Shown here in pieces: positions 28,289 through 39,497 of a DNA stretch of 64,000 nt (position 1 is its first letter; each line of letters begins with the position of its first letter). The notes beneath the pieces are model-generated. The model saw only the letters and a list, made by a program, of their open reading frames with translations, did no database searches and had not been told where the DNA came from. The stretch lies in the IMG/VR virus record IMGVR_UViG_3300023179_000049. One strand, 5' to 3'. The stretch is from a virus (taxonomy: Duplodnaviria; Heunggongvirae; Uroviricota; Caudoviricetes). Position numbers and translations under genes: made by a program.

Positions 28289-29608
28289 TTATACGAATAT
28301 TTTACCTTTAACTCCGGGTAACATTTGTTGTAATTGTTCTTTTGTATATTTTTCGGATATTGGTGTATCACTTAGACTAAGATCTCCTCCAATTGTTAAA
28401 TTATTAGGAAGAAATGTTATTGGTGTGTTACTTAACTCAAGTGTTCCTCTAACAGTTAAATTATCAGGTAATTTTGTTATCGGAGTCCCATTTAAATAAA
28501 GATCTCTATTAATTGTTAAATTATCAGGTAACTTTGTTATCGGAGTCCCATTTAAATAAAGATCGCCGCTTACTTTTAAAGTATCAGATAATTTTGTTAT
28601 TGGCGTATAACTTAAATAAAGGCCTCCATTAACTGTTAAATTATTAGGTAATTTTATTATTGGCGTATTGCTTAAACTAAGATTTCCATTAACTGTTAAA
28701 TTATCAGGTAATTGAGTTATTTTGGTATTAGTTAAACTTAGATTTCCTTCACTTCCGTCTTTAATATATTGTTGTATTTTCTCCTGAACATCTATCTCAT
28801 AATTTTTTATACGTCCTTTAGGTGAGTTTTTTGTAATTAAAGTATTTTCATTTTTTAATATTTTTTTATATTCTAATTTATATTTATCAGGTATTATATC
28901 AATATTTTCTCTAATTGTATCTATTACTTCATTTGGTATTAAAATTTTAGGAGTAGATACTATGTTATTTAAATAAAATAGTTCTTCTTCTACATCATAT
29001 TCAGAAAATATTGATATAAAATCCGGATTGAATAATAAATTTACATCTGTTATTGGTATACATATAATTGCAGGAATTAATCCTTTTTTTATTAATTTTA
29101 TAGTCTGCTCTTCATAATCTCCGTGATTTGTAGCATGCTCATGTGCTACTCCTAAATCAACTGAAAATGACATGAATTTTTTATTAAATTTTAGTACAAC
29201 TAAATTATTATATTCTGTATACTCTTGAGTAATTTTAGGATCGTATTTTGAAATGCTAGTAACTGAAATTGATACTCCCCTATAAACTAAATTTGTTTTT
29301 TTGTTTTTAGTTTTTCTTGGGTCTAATATTCCTGGAAATTTAGATTTTAATGGTGCTAGTATTTTAAAAAATTTTGGTAAATTACCAATCTCATTATCAG
29401 AAGTATATGCACGTAAATCATTTAAAAATTCTAACTCATCTTTAGTATTAACTTCATCTTTTGTATACCATTTTTTAAGAAACTTTTTAAGTTGTGCAGG
29501 ATCGGATACTTCAGCATTTAGATCTCCAAATAAAAACTCTCCATAGTCAAATGAAGAGCCTTTATTTAAATTTTCTTTTAGTATATCGCGCAATCTTATC
29601 ATACTCAT
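28289..29608 (-). CDS. LRR-like repeat protein (paralog of 40822..42465)
   Basis: C-terminal ~6 tandem ~21-aa repeats 'LxNTPITKLPDNLTVxGxLxL'; C-terminal tail 'YTKEQLQQMLPGVKGKIFV' homologous to the tail of the paralog. Confidence 0.6.
   Translation of the reverse strand: MSMIRLRDILKENLNKGSSFDYGEFLFGDLNAEVSDPAQLKKFLKKWYTKDEVNTKDELEFLNDLRAYTSDNEIGNLPKFFKILAPLKSKFPGILDPRKTKNKKTNLVYRGVSISVTSISKYDPKITQEYTEYNNLVVLKFNKKFMSFSVDLGVAHEHATNHGDYEEQTIKLIKKGLIPAIICIPITDVNLLFNPDFISIFSEYDVEEELFYLNNIVSTPKILIPNEVIDTIRENIDIIPDKYKLEYKKILKNENTLITKNSPKGRIKNYEIDVQEKIQQYIKDGSEGNLSLTNTKITQLPDNLTVNGNLSLSNTPIIKLPNNLTVNGGLYLSYTPITKLSDTLKVSGDLYLNGTPITKLPDNLTINRDLYLNGTPITKLPDNLTVRGTLELSNTPITFLPNNLTIGGDLSLSDTPISEKYTKEQLQQMLPGVKGKIFV
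28348..28740. repeat. tandem ~63-bp coding repeats (LRR-like units), two near-identical adjacent copies
   Basis: 'gttaaattatcaggtaa(t/c)tttgttatcggagtcccatttaaataaagatc' repeated nearly exactly at ~28441-28500 and ~28501-28560. Confidence 0.7.
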
Positions 29609-29637
29609 ATTATATAATATAAATATCAGAGATTAAA

Positions 29638-30090
29638 CTATTTCCCACTACTTCCAAACCCACCTTCGCCTCTTACTGTTTCTGTTAAATTATCTAACTC
29701 CACAAATTCTACTTCTGGGTATGGCATTATGATGATTTGTCCGACACGGTCTCCTACTTCATAACGCTTAGAAGGTATTCCTCCATTCTTATTAAACGTA
29801 AATTGTATTTCTCCTCTGTAACCGCTATCAATTACTCCGACACAATTTGATAATGAAATTTCATAATTACGAATAGAACTTCTTGGAAATAATAATCCAA
29901 CATATCCTAATGGAATTTCCATTGCTAGACCTGTTCTATAAGTTACTTGAAAGCTTTCATCGTTAATAACTTCTACTGCAGTTAAATCTAATCCTGCATC
30001 TCCCGGCTTTGAATACTTTGGTATTACTGCATCTGGGTGTAATTTTTTAATTCCTACTTTCATAGTTGTGTTTTTATTTTTGGATTGCAA
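29638..30090 (-). CDS. dut: dUTP diphosphatase
   Basis: dUTPase motifs 'GDAGLDL', 'FPRSS', 'VIDSGYRGEI', 'GDRVGQIII'. Confidence 0.85.
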   Translation of the reverse strand: MQSKNKNTTMKVGIKKLHPDAVIPKYSKPGDAGLDLTAVEVINDESFQVTYRTGLAMEIPLGYVGLLFPRSSIRNYEISLSNCVGVIDSGYRGEIQFTFNKNGGIPSKRYEVGDRVGQIIIMPYPEVEFVELDNLTETVRGEGGFGSSGK

Positions 30091-30158
30091 TCCAATCTTC
30101 TTTACGTCTCATTTTAATATTATACTATCTCCCTTTTATAAATATTAGTAATTAAAAA

Positions 30159-30671
30159 TTACGGCAATATTTGTAATAGAGCGTCTACTTGTTCATCATC
30201 ATCCGGATCGTCGGCTACCTGAACATAATCTTCCCAATTATCGTCGCCAATTAGTTCTAGATTATATTTTCTTGCTATATGTTCCCATGCATCTAGATCC
30301 CAATTCTCTCCCGCTATAAATAGTGCTGGCATTGCATCTGTATGCTGTCGTAATAAATTATCAATATGAATTTTAATAGCGTCACCTAAAACGCCTTTGT
30401 ATTTTTTTGTAAAAGCGTCTTGTATTGTCGGTCCTACATAATAAAGTTTTTTTAAATCTTTTGGATTGACAACAGGTACTTTAATTGACCAAGCTAAAAT
30501 GATAGCCCTCTCATCATCGATTGTTTCTACGGACTGAATTTGATCTGTACTTTTAACATTCCAAATAGACTTAGGATACTTTTTTTCAACTATATCTAAA
30601 AATACTTTAAGAAATGCATTAGGCTTTGATCCTGTAATTTTTATTTCTTTTAAAATCGTCATTAATTTCAT
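30159..30671 (-). CDS. hypothetical acidic protein
   Basis: 170 aa; acidic C-terminus 'ADDPDDDEQVDALL'. Confidence 0.4.
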   Translation of the reverse strand: MKLMTILKEIKITGSKPNAFLKVFLDIVEKKYPKSIWNVKSTDQIQSVETIDDERAIILAWSIKVPVVNPKDLKKLYYVGPTIQDAFTKKYKGVLGDAIKIHIDNLLRQHTDAMPALFIAGENWDLDAWEHIARKYNLELIGDDNWEDYVQVADDPDDDEQVDALLQILP

Positions 30672-30701
30672 ATTATACTTTATAATAAATATCGAAAAGT
30701 A

Positions 30702-32558
30702 TTAATGTATCTCACAATTATTTCCTGCACAGGCTAGCTCACCACTTAAATCTGTATCATCTACTAATTCTACTACTTGAGTCAAATCAACATTAACTAA
30801 TGATTCCATCAATTCATTATATCTTTCTTCTGTAATATCTTCAAATGGAGCTTGAATATATGTATGGTCTGCATAAGGAAGAACTGATAATCCGTTATAA
30901 CAATTTTTATTCTCCCACATCCATTCTCCAACGCTTTCCCATTCATTATCTTTAATAGATACTGTAGCAGATATATTATGAGTATTTTGTCCTGTTCTGT
31001 GACCTGGCTTAATCCAATTAGTATAGAACCATTTAACACGACTTAATAAATCTAATGCTGATTCTGTCCTTAAAATAGAACCTTCTGGAGCTTTTTGTGG
31101 TACTGAAATAACTGCAGTATCATGAGGTCTAAAGTATTCATCTTCTAGAAGCTCTGGATGATTTATTAATAAATGCGTATATAAAGATTCATTCTTTCCA
31201 ATACGCATTCTTCTAATATAATAATCATTGTGCCAAGCATGAATTCCACTTGATGTTCCTAATACTAATGATGATGTTCCGCTAGGTTTAATTGTAGTTG
31301 TTCTAGCAGCTTTATTAATACCAATAAGATTGGCTACTCTTTCGTTTTCTTCTTTAACAATTTCAGCAGCTTCATTCATATCATATTGTTGAGCTTTACC
31401 AGAACCTACTCCTGTAATACCAACTCCAATTAAAGCTTCTTTTTCTGTCGTTCTTTGCCAAATTGGTCTTAAGTAATGAAAATCTGTATACCCTGCTTGA
31501 AGTGTTCCTATAAATGCTGCGACTTTAACTCTATTATTTAAATCTTCTTGTGATTCAATATTACTTACATTTACTTCACATAAGTTACAAAACTGAAATG
31601 GACGTAATGCAATTTCGCAACACGGATTAGTTCCCCAATCTTTATCATTGTTTAAATAAATTCCAGGTTCTCCTGCTCCAGAAGCTTTAATCTTGTCCCA
31701 TATTGACATAAAGAATTCTTTAGTAACGCGATTACGTAATAATACTGCTGAGTTATTTGCTCTTCCTCTTTGTGGATTTAGTTCCCACCAATTACCTGTT
31801 TTAGATGAAATCATATCATCATCATCTGCGCTAAATAATGAAATTAAAGCAGCTCTTCTAATACCACCTGCTAATACTGCGTCTGCAATATGGCATACAA
31901 TATCATGCGTTTCTATAGGAGTTAACTTTTCTCCGTCAGATTTAGTATCTAAAATACCTTGAATCTTAACAATACATTCTTTTAATGGTTGAGGACCTGG
32001 AGCTTTACCACCAGAAGTTACAAGTAATGCTCCTTTTGGTCTAATATCAGAAAAATCAAATAAAATACTTGAACCGCCTTCAAAATAAGACTTCATTAAT
32101 ACTTTAATTGCATCTGCCCATCCTTCAATAGAATCGCCAATTAAAAATCGTCTGTGCTTTACAGGATTTGGTTTTCTTATTTCCGGTAATTTTTCTACGT
32201 GATGTTTTTGAACTGAATATCCGACTCCTGTGCCGCCTAATAATAAGAACATTGTTTCGCCAAACGCTCTGTAATCATCTATTGGAAGATAAGCGCAGTT
32301 ATAAACTCTGTTTGGAGAAAGCTCAATTGATTTACCTCCGAATTGTAAACTTCTCATTGAAGGAAGTACTTTTTTGTCATAAACCAATTGATATGCATTT
32401 TCTATTTCAGCTTCCATATGCGGATACTTTCTAATATGCATTTCTTTGTTTCTTGTTACAATTTGCCACCAATCTTCTCGGCGACTTAACTCACTTTTAT
32501 ATTTTGCATACTTACTGTATACAGTAATATCGGAGAGTATCTTGTTTGAAATTTTCAT
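30702..32558 (-). CDS. ribonucleotide reductase, class II-like (NrdJ-like) catalytic subunit
   Basis: Active-site 'NPCCEIAL' (NPCGEI-type), 'FQFCNLCEVN', C-terminal Cys pair 'ACAGNNCEIH'; 618 aa single chain. Confidence 0.65.
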   Translation of the reverse strand: MKISNKILSDITVYSKYAKYKSELSRREDWWQIVTRNKEMHIRKYPHMEAEIENAYQLVYDKKVLPSMRSLQFGGKSIELSPNRVYNCAYLPIDDYRAFGETMFLLLGGTGVGYSVQKHHVEKLPEIRKPNPVKHRRFLIGDSIEGWADAIKVLMKSYFEGGSSILFDFSDIRPKGALLVTSGGKAPGPQPLKECIVKIQGILDTKSDGEKLTPIETHDIVCHIADAVLAGGIRRAALISLFSADDDDMISSKTGNWWELNPQRGRANNSAVLLRNRVTKEFFMSIWDKIKASGAGEPGIYLNNDKDWGTNPCCEIALRPFQFCNLCEVNVSNIESQEDLNNRVKVAAFIGTLQAGYTDFHYLRPIWQRTTEKEALIGVGITGVGSGKAQQYDMNEAAEIVKEENERVANLIGINKAARTTTIKPSGTSSLVLGTSSGIHAWHNDYYIRRMRIGKNESLYTHLLINHPELLEDEYFRPHDTAVISVPQKAPEGSILRTESALDLLSRVKWFYTNWIKPGHRTGQNTHNISATVSIKDNEWESVGEWMWENKNCYNGLSVLPYADHTYIQAPFEDITEERYNELMESLVNVDLTQVVELVDDTDLSGELACAGNNCEIH

Positions 32559-32651
32559 TGTTGTTTGTTAATTAAATTTTATGTGTTGTGAATTGATGTT
32601 AAACATAACCGCCCTTATTTGGGTATTAATAAATATTGTTTAAGCCACATT

Positions 32652-33818
32652 TTATCCCAAAGAATTTCCTAAAAGTTCTGAATATTTTGTAGCTAATGAT
32701 TTTCGTGTTACTGAGTCTTCATCCATTTCTGTTTTTGTTTCTCTTCCTTTAATAGATGATTCTTGATACATATCAATTCTACCATTTGACATATTAAGTT
32801 TAGTTGGTAATGTTAATCCATCTGGCCCAAAACGATTCTTAATAAAATGAACTCTTCCCGTACCTGCAATCTTATCTGTTGTTTTTCTTGCTAATGAAAT
32901 AATAACATCTCCGATCATAATCTTACTAAATGAAGAAGCTACTTGATCTGATGTAATAATATCAGATTCTACGGAAGATCTATTTGCTTGAGATGCTGTA
33001 ACAACTGGTATTTGATATTCACCGGCTAATCCTCTTAAATCTTCATATGTAGTTTCTAATTCTTCATGAAGTTTTTCTTTTGCTTTTGCTGAACGTAATA
33101 AATCTGCATAATCTACAATAACAATATCAGGTTTTACTCCTTGCATTAACATTTTATCTAAATGAGCTTTTAATGTTGTTACAGATGCTGTTTTTGTCGG
33201 AAAAAACTTTAAATACAATTGTCCTTTTAGTTTTGATAATTCATGCTCAACTTCTTCTAAGTTATATTTTAAATTTGCAGTCGCTATTCCAGTAACTACC
33301 GAATCATATCTTTGAGCTACATAAGGCTCTGATAATTCCATTGTATAATGGACTACCGTTTTTCCTTGTCTTAATAAATGAGCTCCTACATTAATCATTG
33401 AAGTAGAGTTATGTGATAAAATACCATTACTATAATAACAATTAACCTCATCTACTGTAATATCATATAAAGATTCATATTTATCTAAATATTTCAACTC
33501 TTTTAGATATGTCATACCTGATTCAGTTTCTATAATATCAGAAGGCTTAATATTTAATACTTTAGTCCACCCATCTTGTGTCTTTAATAAATGATGTGAT
33601 GAACATTGTAAAGTTTTATTATTTCCGAAATAACATGTTACTTTTTGTTGAATTTCTGTTCTAAATAAAGATGTTATACTTTTATATCCATATGGGGTAA
33701 GTACTTTAACATGTATATCAGGTATAACTTCTATATTAGGAGTATTTGGTATTTGATATTTATCAAATAATTCTTTAATAGTTATAGTTTCTTGTTTATT
33801 TCGTTTAATTAATTTCAT
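32652..33818 (-). CDS. gp41/DnaB-like helicase, C-terminal part, preceded by intein C-terminal segment
   Basis: '...NGILSHN|STSMIN' intein end (HN + Ser+1); extein has DnaB-family RecA-domain motifs ('IVDYADLL', 'ASQANR', 'HFIKNRFG'); upstream residues 20-101 resemble Hint blocks A/B without Cys1. Confidence 0.7.
   Translation of the reverse strand: MKLIKRNKQETITIKELFDKYQIPNTPNIEVIPDIHVKVLTPYGYKSITSLFRTEIQQKVTCYFGNNKTLQCSSHHLLKTQDGWTKVLNIKPSDIIETESGMTYLKELKYLDKYESLYDITVDEVNCYYSNGILSHNSTSMINVGAHLLRQGKTVVHYTMELSEPYVAQRYDSVVTGIATANLKYNLEEVEHELSKLKGQLYLKFFPTKTASVTTLKAHLDKMLMQGVKPDIVIVDYADLLRSAKAKEKLHEELETTYEDLRGLAGEYQIPVVTASQANRSSVESDIITSDQVASSFSKIMIGDVIISLARKTTDKIAGTGRVHFIKNRFGPDGLTLPTKLNMSNGRIDMYQESSIKGRETKTEMDEDSVTRKSLATKYSELLGNSLG
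33408..33515 (-). other. candidate split-intein C-terminal half (IntC, 36 aa from internal Met)
   Basis: MTYLKELKYLDKYESLYDITVDEVNCYYSNGILSHN: block F/G pattern ending HN, followed by Ser. Confidence 0.5.
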
Positions 33819-34710
33819 ATATAAATTTTATGACTTGATCTAATATAATATCTTTTTTGGATTTCCAATCCGATTCCCATATAATAAAAATAGAATAATT
33901 AAGGGCTTCTAAGTCTTTACATCGAGAGGCATCTTTATTCCATTGGTCATCAACAAGATACATTCCTCCTGGTTTTTTAATATAATCTCCGGACTTATAT
34001 ATTTTTGGATTACAATGCCAATAATCTCCATTTATTTCAATAATTTTATTATCAACCTGAATATCTACAATATATAAAGTATTAGATATCTTTTTATTAA
34101 ATTTAAATACTTTATCTTTGCAAAGAGATTTAATATTTTCCTGAATTAATCTTTCTAATTTAGATACACATCCGGTATTATTATGTTGATCACCAAAATT
34201 TTTATCTAACCATGCTTCTTTACCTACTAATGCAATTTCATTTAATTTATTTCTTCTTGTAGCATTACTTTGCTTTATTTTAGCTTCTTTAGTATGTGAA
34301 TGACCTAAGAACTTTTTTGACTTAGCACTGGCTATTGATTGATATTCTTTTAATTTATTACTAGCTTCTTCATGAGACAATCCACTATTTAAATAATATT
34401 CAATGGATCTTTTAGAGCCCTTTTTACTTTTTAATTTCGAAGCTTCTTGTATTTTTAAAATTTCTGCAGGGTCTGATATATTACGTTTAGAATAATATTC
34501 GTCACAAAATTTATTTCTTTCTCTTTGATTAATTGACACTTGCAATTTAGATTCTTCTTCAGTATATCCTAGAGCTAGCCAATATTCTATTCTATTTTTA
34601 GTAATAGGGGGTGTTCCATTAGAATTAAATTTTTTCTTTTGTTCTTCCCATTTACGAAGACCTTCTACTTCGCCGTATTTTTTAATCCAAGCTTGTTTTA
34701 CAGATGCCAT
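33805..34710 (-). CDS. free-standing homing endonuclease, Vsr/DUF559-like nuclease domain
   Basis: C-terminal 'IIEINGDYWHCN' nuclease motif; N-terminal repeated 'EYWLALGYTEEES'/'EYYLNSGLSHEEAS' helix modules; lies between the two helicase halves. Confidence 0.6.
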   Translation of the reverse strand: MASVKQAWIKKYGEVEGLRKWEEQKKKFNSNGTPPITKNRIEYWLALGYTEEESKLQVSINQRERNKFCDEYYSKRNISDPAEILKIQEASKLKSKKGSKRSIEYYLNSGLSHEEASNKLKEYQSIASAKSKKFLGHSHTKEAKIKQSNATRRNKLNEIALVGKEAWLDKNFGDQHNNTGCVSKLERLIQENIKSLCKDKVFKFNKKISNTLYIVDIQVDNKIIEINGDYWHCNPKIYKSGDYIKKPGGMYLVDDQWNKDASRCKDLEALNYSIFIIWESDWKSKKDIILDQVIKFIYEIN

Positions 34711-34752
34711 ATTCTTTATTATAAATATATAAATAATAAAATTTTTATATAT

Positions 34753-35541
34753 TTATTTTTCCTGGACCTGGACCTGTAAGAGGTTAATTACTTCATATCC
34801 TTGAATTTTATGATTATCTATTTCATATATGGTAAATGGATCAATCCAAAATATAAAAGGTATTCCTTGAGAATTAATCATCTCAATACCCAACTCTTCA
34901 TACTGTATATCTATAGATGTATTAGGCCCTATACATTTACCAGCACCTGGTCCCGCTACAAATATAATAAGTTCTCCTTTACCAATACCGCCATCAACTA
35001 ATTCATTAAATGCTGTCCAAGGCGTAGGTAAAGTTAGTCTAGCAGATTCTTCATAACGAAGCTTAACATCTTTTAAATATTCTAATCCAATATCTTGATT
35101 AGCCCCTGCTTTCATCGCAGTATCAATTTTCTTTTTGATATTATCATATTCTCCTGATTGTAATAATTCAACAGACTCGATAATGGCTTTTTTGATGCAT
35201 TGGTTTTTACAGAAGTTAACGCATTCTGTTTTAACGAAATCTAAATCTTCTGCTTCAACATATCTTAATATATCTTTTAAAGATTCTACAATAGACATTT
35301 TTAAAGGTTCAGATGTAAGTTCTAATGCCTTTACTTTAAATACTTCTAATGTAGGTACTGTTTTATATTCTGGATAGTATTTCATAATAATGTCTACAAT
35401 CCAAATATTAGCTTCAGAATCAAAATATTCAGGTATTAAAATATCGAATATTTGTTGAAGAAATGTTTTATCTTTTATAAGGGCCGCAATTATTTTTAAT
35501 TGAAAGGTCTTTCCGTACTGCGTAAATCTATCTTGACTCAT
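34753..35541 (-). CDS. gp41/DnaB-like helicase, N-terminal part, ending in intein N-terminal segment
   Basis: Walker A 'FVAGPGAGK' immediately followed by 'CIGPNTSIDI' (Hint block A, Cys1 at 34933-34935); ORF terminates 60 aa into the intein. Confidence 0.7.
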   Translation of the reverse strand: MSQDRFTQYGKTFQLKIIAALIKDKTFLQQIFDILIPEYFDSEANIWIVDIIMKYYPEYKTVPTLEVFKVKALELTSEPLKMSIVESLKDILRYVEAEDLDFVKTECVNFCKNQCIKKAIIESVELLQSGEYDNIKKKIDTAMKAGANQDIGLEYLKDVKLRYEESARLTLPTPWTAFNELVDGGIGKGELIIFVAGPGAGKCIGPNTSIDIQYEELGIEMINSQGIPFIFWIDPFTIYEIDNHKIQGYEVINLLQVQVQEK

Positions 35542-35572
35542 ATCTCTAATATATAATATACTTTTCTAAAGA

Positions 35573-36628
35573 TCAAGAATTATTATTTGTTCCTAGCGCA
35601 AATATATTTAATTGATTAAAGATGTTTAAAAATGTAATAGGATCGTTAATATAGTTATATCCTTTATCCGTAGCTAATATTTGTATAAATTCGTTTTTAT
35701 TAATTAATGATACTGCTTCGTTAAACTTATCAATTAAGAATAGTTTATGCGTACCTGATATATCTACATTATGTAGTTGCATTAATTTATAATTACGTGT
35801 TATAATGTCTTTATTGTTAATGATTTTTTTGTATAATTTATCATCTTGTTTATCTTCACAAAAAGATAAAAATTCTTCTAAACCAACTACCCTATTTTCT
35901 TGCAAAATAGGCATCTTTCCTACGGTCTTAGGGCCGATTCCAGGCACTCCGGGTATATTATCTCCATCGTCTCCAATAAACACTTTATAGAGGTGATAAT
36001 TCTCTGCAGGCACTCCAAATCTTACTTTAACATCTTCTAATTTATATAAACGCTTTTCTACTGGTCTATATACATTAACTTTCTCATTTACAAGTTGTAG
36101 ATAATCTTTGTCGTCTGAAACTATCATTACATTATTACTTCTTGTATTAAGAATATCTGTAGTTAAATACGCTACCATATCATCTGCTTCAATATGGTCT
36201 GCAGTAATTACTGATACTGGTAAGCAACGTAAGTATTGTATTAATCTTACAAATTGATGCTTCATCGAAGCACTTTCATCTTCTGCGTTTTCAAATATCT
36301 CTGCTCTGTTAAAAGATTTAGGAGCTAAACGATTGCCTTTATATTCAGGATATAGCTCTTTTCTTTTTTTAGAGCCTCCTTTACCATCAAACGTAATAAT
36401 AATTCTTGTAGGTTTGAATGTTTTAACATAAGAAGCTAGTGACTTTAAGAATCCTAAAGACCCTCCTAAATGCTCTCCATTTTCATTCATTACTGGGTTG
36501 GCTTGGAAACATCTCAAGTAAAAATTAGTCCCGTCCACTAACATAACCCTGGAGTTAATATTTAGTGAAACGGGACTTTCTTTTTCTTGTTGAATCTCTG
36601 CTAATAACTCAACAAATCTATTTAACAT
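35573..36628 (-). CDS. RNase H / 5'-3' flap endonuclease (T4 rnh-like)
   Basis: 'LVDGTNFYLRCF', 'ITFDGKGGSKKRKELYPEYKGNR', 'IEADDMVAYL', 'IVSDDKDYLQL' match 5' nuclease metal-binding motifs. Confidence 0.8.
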   Translation of the reverse strand: MLNRFVELLAEIQQEKESPVSLNINSRVMLVDGTNFYLRCFQANPVMNENGEHLGGSLGFLKSLASYVKTFKPTRIIITFDGKGGSKKRKELYPEYKGNRLAPKSFNRAEIFENAEDESASMKHQFVRLIQYLRCLPVSVITADHIEADDMVAYLTTDILNTRSNNVMIVSDDKDYLQLVNEKVNVYRPVEKRLYKLEDVKVRFGVPAENYHLYKVFIGDDGDNIPGVPGIGPKTVGKMPILQENRVVGLEEFLSFCEDKQDDKLYKKIINNKDIITRNYKLMQLHNVDISGTHKLFLIDKFNEAVSLINKNEFIQILATDKGYNYINDPITFLNIFNQLNIFALGTNNNS

Positions 36629-36634
36629 AACTTA

Positions 36635-38275
<1,641 letters not shown>

Positions 38276-39430
38276 TTAAAAATCATCTCCGCCATCTGGC
38301 GTCGTAACTATTTGAATTCCTTCATCTGGGTTTGCAGGGTCATACTTCATAATATATTCTTCACAAAGCTTTTCATATACTTGCTTTTTCAATCTAGGAT
38401 CTTCGGCAAACTTTGTTAGTATATTTGCTGATGTAAATACTACTTCTTCTCCTGTTTCTGTATCTACATAATCATAATAAGCTCCACGCTTCTTAACTAA
38501 TTTATGCTTTGTTAATTCGTCAATCCAACTTGGCGCTGAATCAATACCAGAATCAAAATAAATATCATATTCTACTTCTCTGCTTGGAGGCCCTAAACGA
38601 TTCTTCTTAATCTTTAACTTTGTTTTAGCTCCAATTACAGTTCCGTCAGATTTCTTAATCATTCCTAAATTATATAATGATAATCTAACTGATGCATGGA
38701 ATCCGACTGCTTTACCACCAGATGTTTGAGTCTTTTCACCAAAGCCCATAACACCTACTTTATCACGTAATTGATTTGTTAAGATTAAGCATACTTTTTG
38801 ACGACCAATCATATTAGTAATCTTACGCATTGCTTTTGATAATACAATAGCTTTTGTAGTTGCATAACCATCTTTTTCGTAATCTGCTTCTTGCTCCACT
38901 TTTGTTGTAGCACCCATAATAGAATCAATAGCAATACATACTAATCTATTTTTGTCAGCATTTCTTACTTTCTCGATAATAGTTTCTACAATTGCAAATG
39001 CATCTTCTATAGTTTCTACTGGAGCATAAATCATTTTACTTAAATCCATACCTAGCATTTCAAAGAATTCATTTGCTACGGCATTTTCTGTATCAATATA
39101 AATTGATAATCCTCCTTTACGTTGACATTGAGCTAATATATTTGCTGTTAGTAAAGATTTACCAGCAGCACTTTCGCCCATAATCTCTATAATACGACCT
39201 ACTGGCAATCCGCCATATGGTCTATTTGATATTGCTAAATCTGCAATATCATTTCCCGTTGTTATCCAATCTGTTACATTACTAGGTGAATCAGCATCTT
39301 TATCTAAAAAATACGCTACTTTCATGTTAGTTTCTTTAAACTTTGCATTAAGCGTATCTGCTAATAATGATGCCAAATCTTCATGCATTGCACCAGATGA
39401 TATTCCGTCATCCGTTTTCTTTTTTGCCAT
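38276..39430 (-). CDS. uvsX: RecA-family recombinase (UvsX-like)
   Basis: Walker A 'GESAAGKSLL'; 'LTNQLRDKVGVMGFGEKTQTSGGKAVGFHASVRLSL' matches the RecA L2/ATP-sensing region; acidic C-terminus; adjacent to gp32-like and helicase genes. Confidence 0.8.
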   Translation of the reverse strand: MAKKKTDDGISSGAMHEDLASLLADTLNAKFKETNMKVAYFLDKDADSPSNVTDWITTGNDIADLAISNRPYGGLPVGRIIEIMGESAAGKSLLTANILAQCQRKGGLSIYIDTENAVANEFFEMLGMDLSKMIYAPVETIEDAFAIVETIIEKVRNADKNRLVCIAIDSIMGATTKVEQEADYEKDGYATTKAIVLSKAMRKITNMIGRQKVCLILTNQLRDKVGVMGFGEKTQTSGGKAVGFHASVRLSLYNLGMIKKSDGTVIGAKTKLKIKKNRLGPPSREVEYDIYFDSGIDSAPSWIDELTKHKLVKKRGAYYDYVDTETGEEVVFTSANILTKFAEDPRLKKQVYEKLCEEYIMKYDPANPDEGIQIVTTPDGGDDF

Positions 39431-39449
39431 AATATTTTGGTTTATAGTA

Positions 39450-39478
39450 AAATAAAAGGAGTAGATGATTCTAACTCC
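39450..39478 (-). terminator. possible rho-independent terminator
   Basis: Minus-strand hairpin GGAGT-(11 nt)-ACTCC followed by TTTTATTTT between SSB stop and recombinase start. Confidence 0.4.
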
Positions 39479-39497
39479 CCTTACTTACTTTATGTTT

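Noticed and set aside
30809-31039. 76-aa minus-strand ORF nested inside the RNR gene
   Set aside because: It is an alternative frame within a well-supported 618-aa RNR ORF.
30702-32558. Possibility that the RNR gene is also 'fractured' by an intein, like the helicase
   Set aside because: The 618-aa ORF is continuous from the N-terminus through 'NPCCEIAL' to the C-terminal Cys pair. No Hint-like block and no intervening endonuclease ORF were seen.
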